Source: Podarcis muralis
Lineage: Eukaryota
Length of the DNA: 64,000 bases
Direction: 5' to 3'
Assembly (NCBI RefSeq): GCF_964188315.1
Contig: NC_135656.1
Span: 69,564,001-69,628,000, forward strand
The stretch's first letter is position 1. Every line of letters starts with the position of its first letter. A model generated the notes under the pieces. The model saw nothing but the letters and a program-made list of their open reading frames with translations. It was not told the origin of the DNA and did no database searches. Positions 35,571-47,663 of the stretch are shown one piece after another. The position numbers and the translations under genes were made by a program.

Positions 35571-38500
35571 TCAAGTGTAGGAAAGGAGGTTAAGGTCATA
35601 GGAGCCATTCACCTGAAACAAGAAAGGTACAGGGAATTGTTTTTAGCAAAGAGTCAACACATTGGGAATGTTATGGGATGTATGTTTCTCCCACACAGCC
35701 TCTATTCCCTCCAGTGGACAGAATGCTGGACTTGAGCTTAGGGGGAGCTGAATTCAAATTTCCACTCATCCTACAGGGTAACCTTGGGGGAGTCACTATG
35801 CTGTAGCCCAAATTGCCCCAGGTTAAAATACAAACACTTCATGCAAACCATCCTTAAGTTCCTTAGAGGAAGAAGGATACACGATAAACAGAAATTTCAT
35901 ACTGACTGCCAAATTCTTTCATTGCAGCTTTCCTGATTCGCTGCTGGAAACAGGGAAACCAAAGTGGGCCTTTGGCCTGATCCAGCAGGGCTCTTCTAAG
36001 GTTAATGTGTATGCTCTGTGGGCTGCAAAGGCTGAGCGTAAACTTGAAGTAAGTCTTCAAGATAGGGGTGTGAGTTCTAACTGGACTGCAGTGAAGGACA
36101 CACTCCCCAAACAAGAAGCAAAAGTAATATGAAACTAACATCAAAACGGCCAATTCGTGCTGCTGGCTGGTTGGCTTGGAGCATCTCAGTCAAAACCCAC
36201 ATTTGCTGCAGTTCAGAAGACACTTTGTCAGCATCAGGGAGTCCCTGAAAGTGAAGGATAGTTATATATTCATATAAGCAGTTTCTCCACTGCTTTTGTT
36301 GATAAAACATCACATCTCCCCAGAGCCATTCCCTGCCAGGAGGCTGTCAGCAAATCAGAAACCCCCAGTGTCACCAACAATACTTACATCACGCAGATTT
36401 GTTGGCCGCTCCTGAGGAGATGGGTGAGAAAGCCAAGCTGGGAAGCCTTTTTGTGGACTCTGGAAGATAAAAACAGCCCCAGAGCAAAACACTGCTGATT
36501 CTCTACCAACTGGAATGTTGCACTTACACACATTATCCTTTTTACCTTCACCAATTTACTCTCTCAGAGCAGGCTGCCTAAAGACATAAATACTTGTCTC
36601 TACTGCCCACAGGAAAGTGCAGAATTCACTCTTATGAACTATTACAATCTATTTACCTTAAGCTCTCATAGGAGCATTATTTACCGGGGGGGGGGGCAGT
36701 TCTCACTGTAGAGGTACAGTGTCCAGGATAATGTTTTTCCCCCATCTGGATTTCACAGGTGAAAGCTTACTCTAAAATCAGCTTTAGAATTGAACCTGGC
36801 AACTGCAGAGTTAATAACATGGATTATGTACATGAGGGGCTCTGGTAGTTTCATTGGTGAGGATGTGAAATTCATAGCATGGAAATTAGAATGAATTGGC
36901 AGGGGGAGCCATTAATAAACTTGCTCCATGGGTAGCAGAGATCTTAAACTAAGAGAGTGAAGAAGAACAAGCTCAGTGAACAGTAGTTGAATTACACAGG
37001 AAACTCCGATAAAACTCAGGCCAAGCAGCAGAAGAGAACAGGAGACTTGGCTCCACAGAAGCTGAAGGCTAGAAGGAGGACAGAAGCTGGTAGCTCAGAA
37101 TCAAAGAGATCTAGGTGCAGCATCTTCTCCAGTTCAGATGTGTGACCTAGCATTTTTGGGGGGAATAAAGCACAGAGAGCCTGAGTTCAGCCAGTTATCA
37201 GACCCTAGACTGTGTTCTGAAGAAGGCTTCATTCAATGCTGAGCAAGCCATTACAACCATAGAACAATGGTTATAGAAAGAACAGGTGCTTTGGGGATGA
37301 GTTGAGTATGTACCTTCTGACCCCCAGGGAAAAGCTGCAGCTCCTCAATGGTAAAATGCAGCCATACTGGAGATGGTTGACGCAGGATGAGACGCATGGC
37401 AGCCACTCGGTCCACATCACAGAGCATCTGGCAAAGTAAGGGAGACAAGGCATCACTGAACCTGCGCCAAGGCCCAATATCCCTTCAAAACAAAGTAAAC
37501 AATGATTTGCTGTAACATTGTAAGAGCTTCTAATAACTTCTCCCTTGATACAAACAATAGGGAATCATTCCAAACTAGCTAGAATACAGTATCAGTAGGG
37601 CCAGGAATTAAGGCCAAGTTGGGGTATTATCATGTCTGGTACATATAGTAGTGGTTCAGTTCTGAGCATTGGACCTTGTAGATCTAGTTAAATCTCAGCT
37701 CAGCTATAGTTTTCCTGGGTGGATTCAGGCATACCAGCATTTCTGTGTCTCAGATTGTTAAAATCAAAACTGTAAGGATCTACCTTGTTGCAAGTATAGA
37801 AAAAGTTAGACCTGTTATGTCCTTTGCATACTAAAAAAAACCTATAGAAAAATAATAAAAACAGACATTCATTTTGCCTATTACTTTGGGACTGCAAAAC
37901 CATTACAACTGTCAATCCTTTCCCCTCAATGTACCTAAACCTTCACTAAGTACTCTTGAAGTTTTGGTGGGCTAGGCTGTAACTCGCACTATTAAAAATG
38001 ACGTTTGGCTGGGATCCCTATCATTAATAATTTGTTTTCCTGAAAGTTACCATGCATTACCTTGGTTCTGCATTTCTCCAATACAAAACACTCAATGTAG
38101 CTGAAGCATTTTAATAAGACTAGCCAAAATGGTGCCTGTAATAGGCAGAGCTGAAAGGTACCCTATGAGCAGTAAGAGCATGCAGACTTTTATAATTTTT
38201 TAGAAATTCTATTACAAAAAACACACAGTCCATACCATTCCCCCAACTATCATCTGGCACACTAAAGAAGGGGTGGGGAACTTGTGGTCCACCAGATATT
38301 GCAAGACTACTGCTCCCACAATCTCTGACCATTGGCCATGCTGGCTGGTGTTGAAGGGAGTTGGAGTCCAATAACATATGCAAGCCACAAGTTCCCTATC
38401 CCAGCTCTATTCAAGATTTACTCAGTGGTGGCTAAAGTGTGATGGTGCAACAAAATAAACCAGGAATGTTGTGTGGAGCACAGGTTGCCATTTCAGACAG

Positions 38501-39458
38501 GAAACAATATGAATTAGCAGAATAATTGAATCATCTCATAACGGAGATTCCTACATTGCAGGGGGTTGGACTAGATGACCCTTGCATCCCTTCCAATTCT
38601 ATGATTTATGTGCAATACCAACAGAAATACAGTGGACTCTCAGGTTGCGAACGTGATCTGTGTGGGAGGCACGTTCACAACCCACAGTGCTGCATCTGCG
38701 CACGTGTGGGCCGCGATTTGGCGCTTCTGCGCATGTGCCGAAACCTGGAAGTAACCCGTTCCGGTACTTCCAGGTTTGGCGTGGTGCACAACCCAAAACA
38801 CACAACCTGAAGCGTCTGTAACCCAAGGTATGACTGTACTTACCTGATGTCTGGAGAGAGAGAAGTAATCCTGAGAGCCTTCTTCTGTGTGAGGGTTGGG
38901 CATCAAGCAGTAATTCTGCAGACAAGTAACCCACTTGGGAGGACTTTCGTTCCCACCATCTGCAGGGTTTCGACGCTGCACCCGTAGAGTCAGAAAGGCT
39001 GTGTAATAGTTCTTGAATACTATTTCCTGCAACTGAGGATAGCAATATGAGGGGAGGACTGTCATGGATTCCTCCTTTTCTTGTTCAGAAACATTACTGC
39101 AACCCTTGGAGCAGGTCATTGCTTGAATATCTAAATTACAGCTTGGAGCAAAGTAGAGAAGCATGCCTAGGGTAACCAAGTGAGTTAACAAAGGTGAATT
39201 TTGAAGCAGGTATTTCCTGGTTCACCATCGTAGTTTCTGTATCAGCTTTACAGCTAAAATGAGAGACTTCAAACATAACATCTGACAATTCCAAGCACCA
39301 TACACTTGGTTTCCTCCCATACTTACATCAATGGTCTGTGAGTGTGGAAGCACAACATCAATCACCAGAACACCAGGACGGCCTTGCTCAGTCCTCATGT
39401 CTCCCACTTGCAGTGAGACTGGGCTCTTTAAAATGCAGGGAACAGGCTCATGAGCCAT
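35571..39458 (-). CDS. NICN1: Nicolin-1 (217 aa from the conserved Met; upstream in-frame ATGs exist)
   Basis: Exons 39327-39458 (exon acceptor at 39468, extra ATG at 39467), 38844-39032, 37314-37427, 36388-36459, 36140-36244, 35571-35612. Motifs GRPGVLVIDV, LQEI.FKNYYTAFL, KWVTCL..YCLMP.PH.EEG, RLILRQPSP.WL.FT.EELQ, ARIGRFDV.G.YDLNLLSYT*. Confidence 0.95.
38630..38836. mobile_element. Tc1/mariner (Tigger-like) MITE in a NICN1 intron
   Basis: TA|CAGTGGACTCTCAGGTTGCGAACG ... CGTCTGTAACCCAAGGTATGACTG|TA; internal perfect 13-bp stem AAACCTGGAAGTA / TACTTCCAGGTTT. Confidence 0.85.
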
Positions 39459-40149
39459 GGTCCCCATGCTGGAAGAGAGCAGTGGACTCCATTAAGCAGC
39501 ACATAAATATTACAAGCTCCACCTCCCTACACTGAAACTCGGGAACCTGCCCCCTGTTTATTATTATTATTATTAATAATAATAATATTAGTTGTTGTAG
39601 TAGTAGTAGTAAATAAATTGAATAGTAAAGCCCAGGGCAGCACACACATCAGCAACAAAACATCCATTCAGAATTCCAATACAAATGCAGACTACTAATG
39701 ACTATAACATGTATATTTGGGGGATCATATTCCACCAACAAAGCAAGTTCTGCGGATCACCCAGTAGCATGATAGCTTTGTTTCACCTATCTGATGCTGG
39801 CTGCTGTAAAAGGCCATGGTCCAATAAAACCAAGAAGGTACAATCCTATGTATGCTTACTTGGAAGTAAGCCACATCACATTCGGGGGTGAGGGGCACAC
39901 TTCTGATTAAAGACATATGGGATCAAGCTCCTTCAAAGTTTTACATACTATTTTTTTTTTTTTTTAGTAAACCAAACATTTTAGCTATAAAAACGTAGCA
40001 ATAATATAATGATGGCCCCCTCCACACAGGCTTCCTTACTGTCAACGATGCAGCTCGGTTTTTTACTTAGCAAAACCGGAGCGTCCCCTAAGAAGAGAAA
40101 CACGGACGCACTCGCCCCACTCCCGGTTAAGCCCAAGACAAGCAACGCT

Positions 40150-41110
40150 AAGCCGCCTCCCCGAGAGTAACGGACCCGTCGTCACCCGCGGAGGGCGGCG
40201 GGGACGCGCCCAGGTCCAGGCCCTTCCTTTGCCCACCCAGCGCATCCCTGGGACTCGCCTTCAGCCGCTCCCTGCTCGCTCTCGCGCCTCCTCCCTCTTC
40301 CTCCTGTCAACCTCCTGCTTTAAAGCGGATAGAGGAGCCGACAGAGAAGAGCGAAGCAGTTCCCCCCGCTACGGCTTCCCCTCACCCGCTTAGCAAGCGC
40401 AAAGCCACTACAAACATGGCAGCGCCACACGTCACGAACGTTGCCACTACTACGGAGAACGAAGAGGCTGAAGCGTTTGTTGCTAGGGCTCGCTTGGCGT
40501 CGCGCGCGCGTGACGACACCGCGCCCCGCCCGCCTTAAGGCGGTGGCTAACGGAGAAGAGGGGCGGGGCTTTAACTTGAAGCCGCCTTCCTAGAGACGTG
40601 TCTGCTGCGGCGCCTTGGCAATGACGCAAGGCGGTCGCATTTCTAACCTGTCCGCGTTGCTGCGGCAACGCGGTAGCTAGCGTTCTGATTGGCCGACAAG
40701 CATCGCCGCTCTCGGCCGCCATTGGATGTTTAGGATGCTTGGACACGTCCGGCGCACTGATTGGTCGACCGATTCGGAAGGGAGTTTGACGGAGATGTCG
40801 TGGTGGCTGGTTCTGTCGGCTGTAGGCGGAGTGGCACCTCCGGGCCGGGTCAGGTGAGTTACGCGGGGCCGAGTGCGGAGGGGTGACGTGGGCTACGACT
40901 ACGGGCCTCCTGAAGACCACCGAGGGCTCCAGAGGCGGCGGCGGCCGGGCTCTGAGCTCGAGGGGCCGCCGGCAAGTCCTGCTTGGCTGGGGGTCGACGC
41001 GGGGAGGTTGGGAGACCATCGAGGGGGACCTGGCAGGCAGCGGGGCCGGTGAGGCCTTGGGGGCGGCGAGGGGTCTGACGCTTCGCCCTTTCCTCCGCCC
41101 TCTTTCAGGC
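40150..41110. promoter_or_regulatory. Bidirectional CpG-island promoter shared by NICN1 and GMPPB
   Basis: Outward-facing non-coding-exon donors: minus GCGG|gtgagg at 40385 and plus CAG|gtgagt at 40854. Also a GC box near 40560, three ATTGG boxes (40688, 40721, 40760), a YY1-like GCCATGTTT near 40412-40420 and an ETS CGGAAG near 40775. Confidence 0.8.
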
Positions 41111-41114
41111 AAGG

Positions 41115-44100
41115 ATGAAGGCGCTGATCTTGGTGGGGGGCTATGGCACGCGGCTGCGGCCCCTGACCCTCAGCATCCCGAAGCCCCTGGTGGAATTTTG
41201 CAACAAGCCTATCCTGCTGCACCAGGTGGAGGCTCTGGTCAAGGTAGGATTGAGCACCAGCTTTCTGTGTTTGGGTGGGTGGGTGAAGGTGAGGCTGCCG
41301 TCCGCTTAGAGGGGCGGGGGGCGGGGGAGAAGAGAGATTCAGGGGCCTCTTTTTCCTGAAAAGGGCGCTGTGCCTTTTAAGAGCTGCATGGCAGACTGGA
41401 ATTCAATAGGTGAAGCTTTTGCTGTTGAGTTATTCCATGGGAAAGTTTCCTGCACATATCTGGGATGGCTTCTTGTGCTGTGCCCTCTGCCACGTTTCCT
41501 GTGCATTTCTAGGCATCTCTCCATCTCTGTGCTAGCTGAAGATAAATTACTTTGCTTTACCATACAGATAAATAGGGATGGATGTACATTTTGGATAACT
41601 TGTGCTATAGCCAGGGAAAGTGGCTCATACAAATGGATCACAGACTAATACCTAAGTGATAGGTGGTCTTCTTCCAGATTTAGGAGTGGAATGTGTGAAT
41701 TCTAACTGCTGCCCTTTTGCTGATTTAGCTTCCTTTTGCTCAGTGAGTTGATGGGGAAAGGATTAGAAATGTTTCTCTCTGTTCCAATCTTGCATAACCA
41801 TCCCTTACATCTTCTAAATAATTATGATCTCTGGTCCGGTTGGATGGATATTGCCTCCCAGGGTCTGGACACCTGATCACCTCAGTTGCATGCGTAGTTC
41901 GAGTGTCTTGGAGTTACTATTCCTCTTCTCTGACAGGCAGGTGTGAACCATGTGATCCTTGCTGTCAGTTATATGTCAGAACTGCTGGAAAAGGAGATGA
42001 AAGAACAAGAGCAAAGGGTAAGTTTTGAGTTGATAGTTCTTAGGCTGCTTTCCTGAACCTGATGGTTGGGGGTCCTGTAGATGTGCAGGAGTTGATTGGA
42101 ACTCTTCATTTGCTATAGCATTTTGTCTTAATGTGGCTGAGGTTCTATGAAAGCTAGTGGCTCAATAGCATTACCTAAACTCATGCTGCTTTCACAGAGC
42201 ATAGCCTTGTGAATCACTAACTCTAGTGATTATCTTTCAGTGTTCATGAGGTGGGTATTTGATAGTTCACTTTATTTTTGGGGAGTTTTGGAACTGCAAG
42301 GAAAGGGGTTCGCTTTGGACTTTGCTGAGTTAGATAGTCTGTATATGCTAGGGCCTCTATGTGAAACTCAAATTAATTATAGTGCAGTGCATGAGCTTTA
42401 ATTAGATTACAATATATTATAATTTTAACTGAAGCCAACTAAACCAAAATAAGCGCATGTTGTGCAAGTATATCCATAAATGTCGCTCACTTCCTACACT
42501 GTAAAAAGCAGGGTGTGACTTTTTCTTGGCACCGTGCCATACCACTTTTTGTAACTTCCTGTAACTGAAGGTTTATGGATTCAGTTTCATTGGCAATACC
42601 AGCTACACAAGTGTTGGTTAGAAGCAAGAAAACTTTCCTTCAGTAAAGATCTAGCTAGTGGTACACTCTTAACAACAGCACTCTCTTTTTGTGATTTGAT
42701 ATGATTCACTGGCAGATTACTTTGGCCAGAAACCTATTATTTTCAAATAGATGGAACCTATTGTCTATAACTATTTGAAGACAGGGTGGTATTCAAAATA
42801 GATGCACTAGCTCAAGGATTAGTACTAATGCATTGGACCCCCCTGCCCACCATGCACTGTGCTGTCCTCAAATCTGTTCCAGAGGGTTTCAGAACATATT
42901 TAGAGAGTGTCTGGGGGGGGGCATTGTACAAGCAGATAGTACAGATTTTTTCCTGCTGACGGAATGTATTCTTTGTGCTGCACCAAATACAACCTATACT
43001 TTTAATGCACATCTTATTTCAGACATTCCAGCATAAAAGGCTTAGCACCCTCTCCATTGTTACACTGGGACCAGATTCAACTGATTTGCTAGTGGAAGTA
43101 CAACGGGGCTTCTTCCCCCCTTTGCCCTGTGTGCCCCCATGCCTTCCCCAAATACGCTCTCGCAGGTTGGGAGAACCCACTGAAGAGCACGGGGGGAGGA
43201 GGAGATGGGAGATCATGCTGTTTGCAAAGCGTATATGCTTGTGCTGACAAAATGATCAAATTAGTGTAACACTGAATTCTACCCACTGACTGCATTCTTT
43301 TTATTTTGGGGCTTCAAGGGTGCCATGTGCCTATTGGCTTGAATCCTAAGACAAGACAGCTTTAGAAAGTTCATGGAAGGAAGATTTCCCATTTCCTATC
43401 TACACCCACAGCCACCTGTGCTTCTCCAATAGCTTCTCTGAAGGAATGGGGTCCCCAATTGTGGGACAAAGTGCAGGCAACTTTGGGAGGAGTCGAAGTT
43501 AGGAAACCTTCCTTCCATGAACTTTCTGAAGTTACCTTAGGATTCAAGCCAAATTTAGGGCAGTTATCAGCCATCCTCCATGCCCCATCCCACATTTTAC
43601 AAACATTGTTCTAGGGAGGTTTTCAGGGGAAAGAGGGAACAGGAAACTTTTATTCTGTGAACTTCCTCAAGTTAACTTATCTGAGGATCCAAGCCACTGA
43701 TTCTAACCTCCTCTTTGTAATTGTGAATGCAGCGACCCCTCTGACCCTTAGTGTACCTAACTTAGCTAAAATTCTGTTGGACTTGATGAACTTGCTTTCA
43801 AATGTGGACGGTGTGTTACATGACTTTCTAAGAGGGAAAATAAAGTTTAGTTATTTCATCTTAATTTATGCTTCATTAGAACAAGTACCCCCACAAAGCC
43901 AGGGAGCCTGCAATCTGTAGGTCACCATAAATTCATCATTGAATAATATTGATATGGTTATCTAGTTCTATTAGAGAGGATTTATGAAAATCTGATGACT
44001 AAGGGAAGGGTATATAACCAGGTCACTGGCACACATATTCCGTTGGTGGTGCTCATCTTCTAATTCTGTTTTCCAAATTCTACTTTTGTTTCCTAGCTGG

Positions 44101-47100
44101 GCATTCACATTTCCCTGTCGCATGAGAAGGAACCACTGGGCACAGGTAACTGAAGCAGCCACTCTCTTGTGGAGAAGTGAGGTTATAGGGGGAGTAAATG
44201 TGGGATCAGAATCAAAACTTGTGGCAACCTGGAGTGTCCTAGCTATATGCAGGAGGAGGATTGGGTACTACTTATTCTGATCAGGAGCTATATAGGATGG
44301 AACTTTCTAAGGTGGGTTGAGCAGTGCATGCTGGCTGTTGTTGTTGAAGGGCACATGAATAGGTGAATATTGAGGGCTCTGGTTTCCTCCACAGCTGGAC
44401 CCCTGGCACTAGCGCGGGAGCTGTTGACCGAGAATGCTGAGCCTTTTTTTGTGCTCAACAGTGATGTGATCTGCGATTTCCCCTTCAAAGACATGGTGCA
44501 GTTCCACAGGCATCATGGAAAAGAGGGCACCATTGTGGTAAGTACCTGAGGGGCACCCACTCCATGCTTGTAATGCTCCATTGCAGGAGTGGCCCTCCAG
44601 AGGTTGCTGGATTCCAGCTCCCATCAGCATGAGCCAATAGTCAGGGATGATGATAATTGTAGTCTGTCAACATCTTTGGAAAGCCAAAGGGTAGACCCCT
44701 TGCTCTTTTGCTTGGAATTGCCCATGGATCCTTGGACAACCTAGTTTCTGTTGGTTGCGGAGCTGCCAGAAAGCTAAGTTTAGCAGGCCAGCTGGAGACA
44801 TAGGCAGAAAGAGCTCCATCCCTTCCACAAACCCTTAATACTTGGCAAAAACTGTAGTTGCAGGAACAAAGAACGAAGAAGAATCATCGGATTTTAGAAT
44901 TGGAAAGGATCCCAAGGGACATCTAGTCCAATCCTCTGCAACCCACTTAAAAAAAAAATCAAGCCCCTCCTGTGGGTGTTATAAATGCCTCCCCTTGTTC
45001 ACATGCACAGGAGCACGCTTATTAATTAGTTCTTATTTTAGGGATGAACTGCACACCCATATCTTTCTCTAATACAAAAACAGAAATGGTTGGAGTAAAG
45101 GTCTTCCGTGTCCTATCCTTTATTTTGCTCATGGGGTTCTTTTTAAAATAAGAGATCAGGATAGTAAACTAGGCATGGCACTTCAATAGAGCTCTTTCTG
45201 TGCCCTCCAAGTACCATGGCTGGGTGTGATGCCAACTTTGCCTTGCAGGTGACCAAAGTGGAGGAGCCCTCCAAATATGGCGTCGTGGTATGTGAGTCAG
45301 ATACAGGGCGCATACACCGCTTTGTGGAGAAACCCCAAGTTTTTGTTTCCAACAAGATCAACGCTGGCATGTACATCTTAAACCCAAGCGTGCTACAGCG
45401 GATCGAGGTATGAGGCCGGAAGGGTGGAACAGGGATCTTGCACAGGGCAGACTGGCTGGGGTGTTTGGGGTTGTGGTTTTAGTTGGGCATCTCATCCTTT
45501 CATGCCAGTGAGATCAAGGATGATGATGTCCATGGGAACAGTACATCTCTAGTCTTTACAACATAAATGGCCAACTGGTAGTACTCTTGCCTTCCCTTAG
45601 CTGCGGCCTACCTCGATTGAGAAGGAGATATTCCCAGTGATGGCAGAACAAGGACAACTCTATGCCATGGAACTGCAGGGTAAGGGCACATGGAAGGATT
45701 TGGAATGGTACTTTGATCCTAAGGGGCTCTCACAGATGTAGGCAGTGATTTGAGGAGAGGGCATATTAGACAATTAGATGTTAAGTCAGTGAAGACCTGG
45801 GACTGGAGCTGAGAAGTAAAAATAAGATCAAGATGTGGAAGATACCACATAACATGCAAGTGCCCTGTAGGGCAATGTTTGAATGAAATAACGTAATGCG
45901 GTTTCACTGCACATCTTGCTATATGCTGCCTTTGGGGAGGAAGGCTGGTATAAGGTCCATCAATGGAGACAGGTGTCTTATTAATGCAGCTTTGTCACCA
46001 CAGGGTTCTGGATGGACATTGGGCAGCCCAAAGACTTTCTGACCGGCATGTGCATGTATCTGCAATATCTACGGCTGAAACATCCCGAGAGGCTGCACTC
46101 AGGACCGGGTTTCATGGGGAATGTATTAGTGGTAATTCTATTCTTGTATTTCTTTGGAGCGAGGGTGGGCAGCACTTCATTAAAGGCTGATCTAAAACTG
46201 GTAGTATATTGAGCAAGGCAACAGCAGCTCTTGATATTACATCTACCATCTTGTGGACTAGAGCTGTGAAGGAATGTTGTTCTCTTCCATCTAGTTTCCT
46301 CTGAGGAGGAGGAAGCTACTTCCCAGACCAGAGCTGTGGAAGCTGCTCAAGAAACACCAATTTACTTTCATGCACAATTTCCCCCCTCCACTTCAGGACC
46401 CAACTGCCAAGATTGGATCAAACTGCAGTATTGGTCCCAATGTCACCATTGGGGCAGGCGTGGTGATAGAGGACGGGGTTCGAATCAAACGTTGCACTGT
46501 GCTGAAGGGGTCGCGGATCCGGTCTCATTCGTGGCTGGAGTCCTGCATTGTTGGCTGGAGCTCCTCTGTAGGCCAGTGGGTAAGTTATGTGACAGAGCAA
46601 TCCTCATCAGGCAGATACACACTGGGGAAAGTGAAGCTGCAGCCCAACTGCTGTAGGCTGAGGGAATGTAAACATTTTCTGCTCTTCTATGGGGAAAGGT
46701 TACCTCTCTGGGCAGGATCATAAATGGAGAGAGCTGGAATGCAGGATAATTTTGTTTATTCCTCTCGGTGGCCCCAATGTGCCTCTTTCCTGGCCTTAAC
46801 ATACCCCCCTTTTGCCCTGCACACTGGGATAGCTTGTGCCAGGAGAGCTTTACTTCAGCCAGGTGAAGTCGCCAGCTTAAGGCCACCTGAGCCACAGGGG
46901 TGGGGAGATCAGGTCATACCATAACCTCTCCCAGCCAGTGTGTCTGGGACTTAAGAATTGCACTGTTGGTCAGAGCTGCATCTTAGCAAGACTAACTAGT
47001 TCTTTTACTGATGAGTGAGCTGGAGTGCACAGTCCACACAAATGCTACTGTGATGTAGTTTCTTCACATGTCTGCATGTTTGTTTTCTCACTCATGATGG

Positions 47101-47663
47101 ACTTGTAGCTTTGCAGTGGTTGTGTGTTCATACTCACTACCCTTATTATTATGAGAGCTGCATTTATAACAGGGAAACATGCCCTATAAAGTCCCAATTT
47201 AATATCTTTCAGTGCTGCTTTGTGCTAGGTATCAAGCTGTCCTTTCCCTATGAGTTGAATTGGTACCAGATTTAGTGGCAATTTGAGTAAGATTTAGGGA
47301 AACTCTACAGGTATAATTCTCATGGCATCTCATTCTGGCTGCTCCTGCTTTTAATTAGCAGCCCAGAGCCAGAAAAGCAAGGGCAGAACTTGTTAGAAAC
47401 AGACTCCTGAGTAGCCATAGGACTGTACCATGGAGGAAAATAACTGCCTTAGCCTAAGTCTATCTTGTAACATACTACTTCCCCCCAGCTCAGCATAGAG
47501 TTGTCTAACTGTATGTCACACCCTTCCTCAGGTACGGATGGAGAATGTGTCAGTGCTGGGAGAGGATGTCATAGTGAATGATGAACTCTACCTCAATGGT
47601 GCCAACGTGCTGCCTCACAAATCCATTGCGGAGTCTGTACCGGAGCCACGCATCATCATGTAG
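41115..47663 (+). CDS. GMPPB: Mannose-1-phosphate guanyltransferase beta (GDP-mannose pyrophosphorylase B), 360 aa
   Basis: Exons 41115-41243, 41937-42017, 44097-44145, 44395-44537, 45249-45407, 45601-45679, 46004-46131, 46397-46579, 47532-47663 total 1083 nt. Peptides [85 protein letters not shown], hexapeptide repeats, [16 protein letters not shown]. Confidence 0.98.
43334..43552. repeat. Palindromic MITE-like element in GMPPB intron 2
   Basis: Perfect 17-bp terminal inverted repeat TTGGCTTGAATCCTAAG / CTTAGGATTCAAGCCAA plus a perfect 20-bp inner inverted repeat AGAAAGTTCATGGAAGGAAG / CTTCCTTCCATGAACTTTCT. Confidence 0.8.

Noticed and set aside
40483-41359. Long ORFs over the NICN1/GMPPB promoter
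   Set aside because: GC-rich, low stop-codon density.
46580-46723. Open frame continuing into GMPPB intron 8, like the human intron-retained long isoform
   Set aside because: Here the intron is 952 nt and the frame stops at 46723, so retention cannot give the human-type extended protein.
47009-47140. Imperfect long hairpin in GMPPB intron 8 as a snoRNA or miRNA
   Set aside because: Pairing is patchy and I found no properly placed C/D or H/ACA boxes; probably a decayed inverted repeat.
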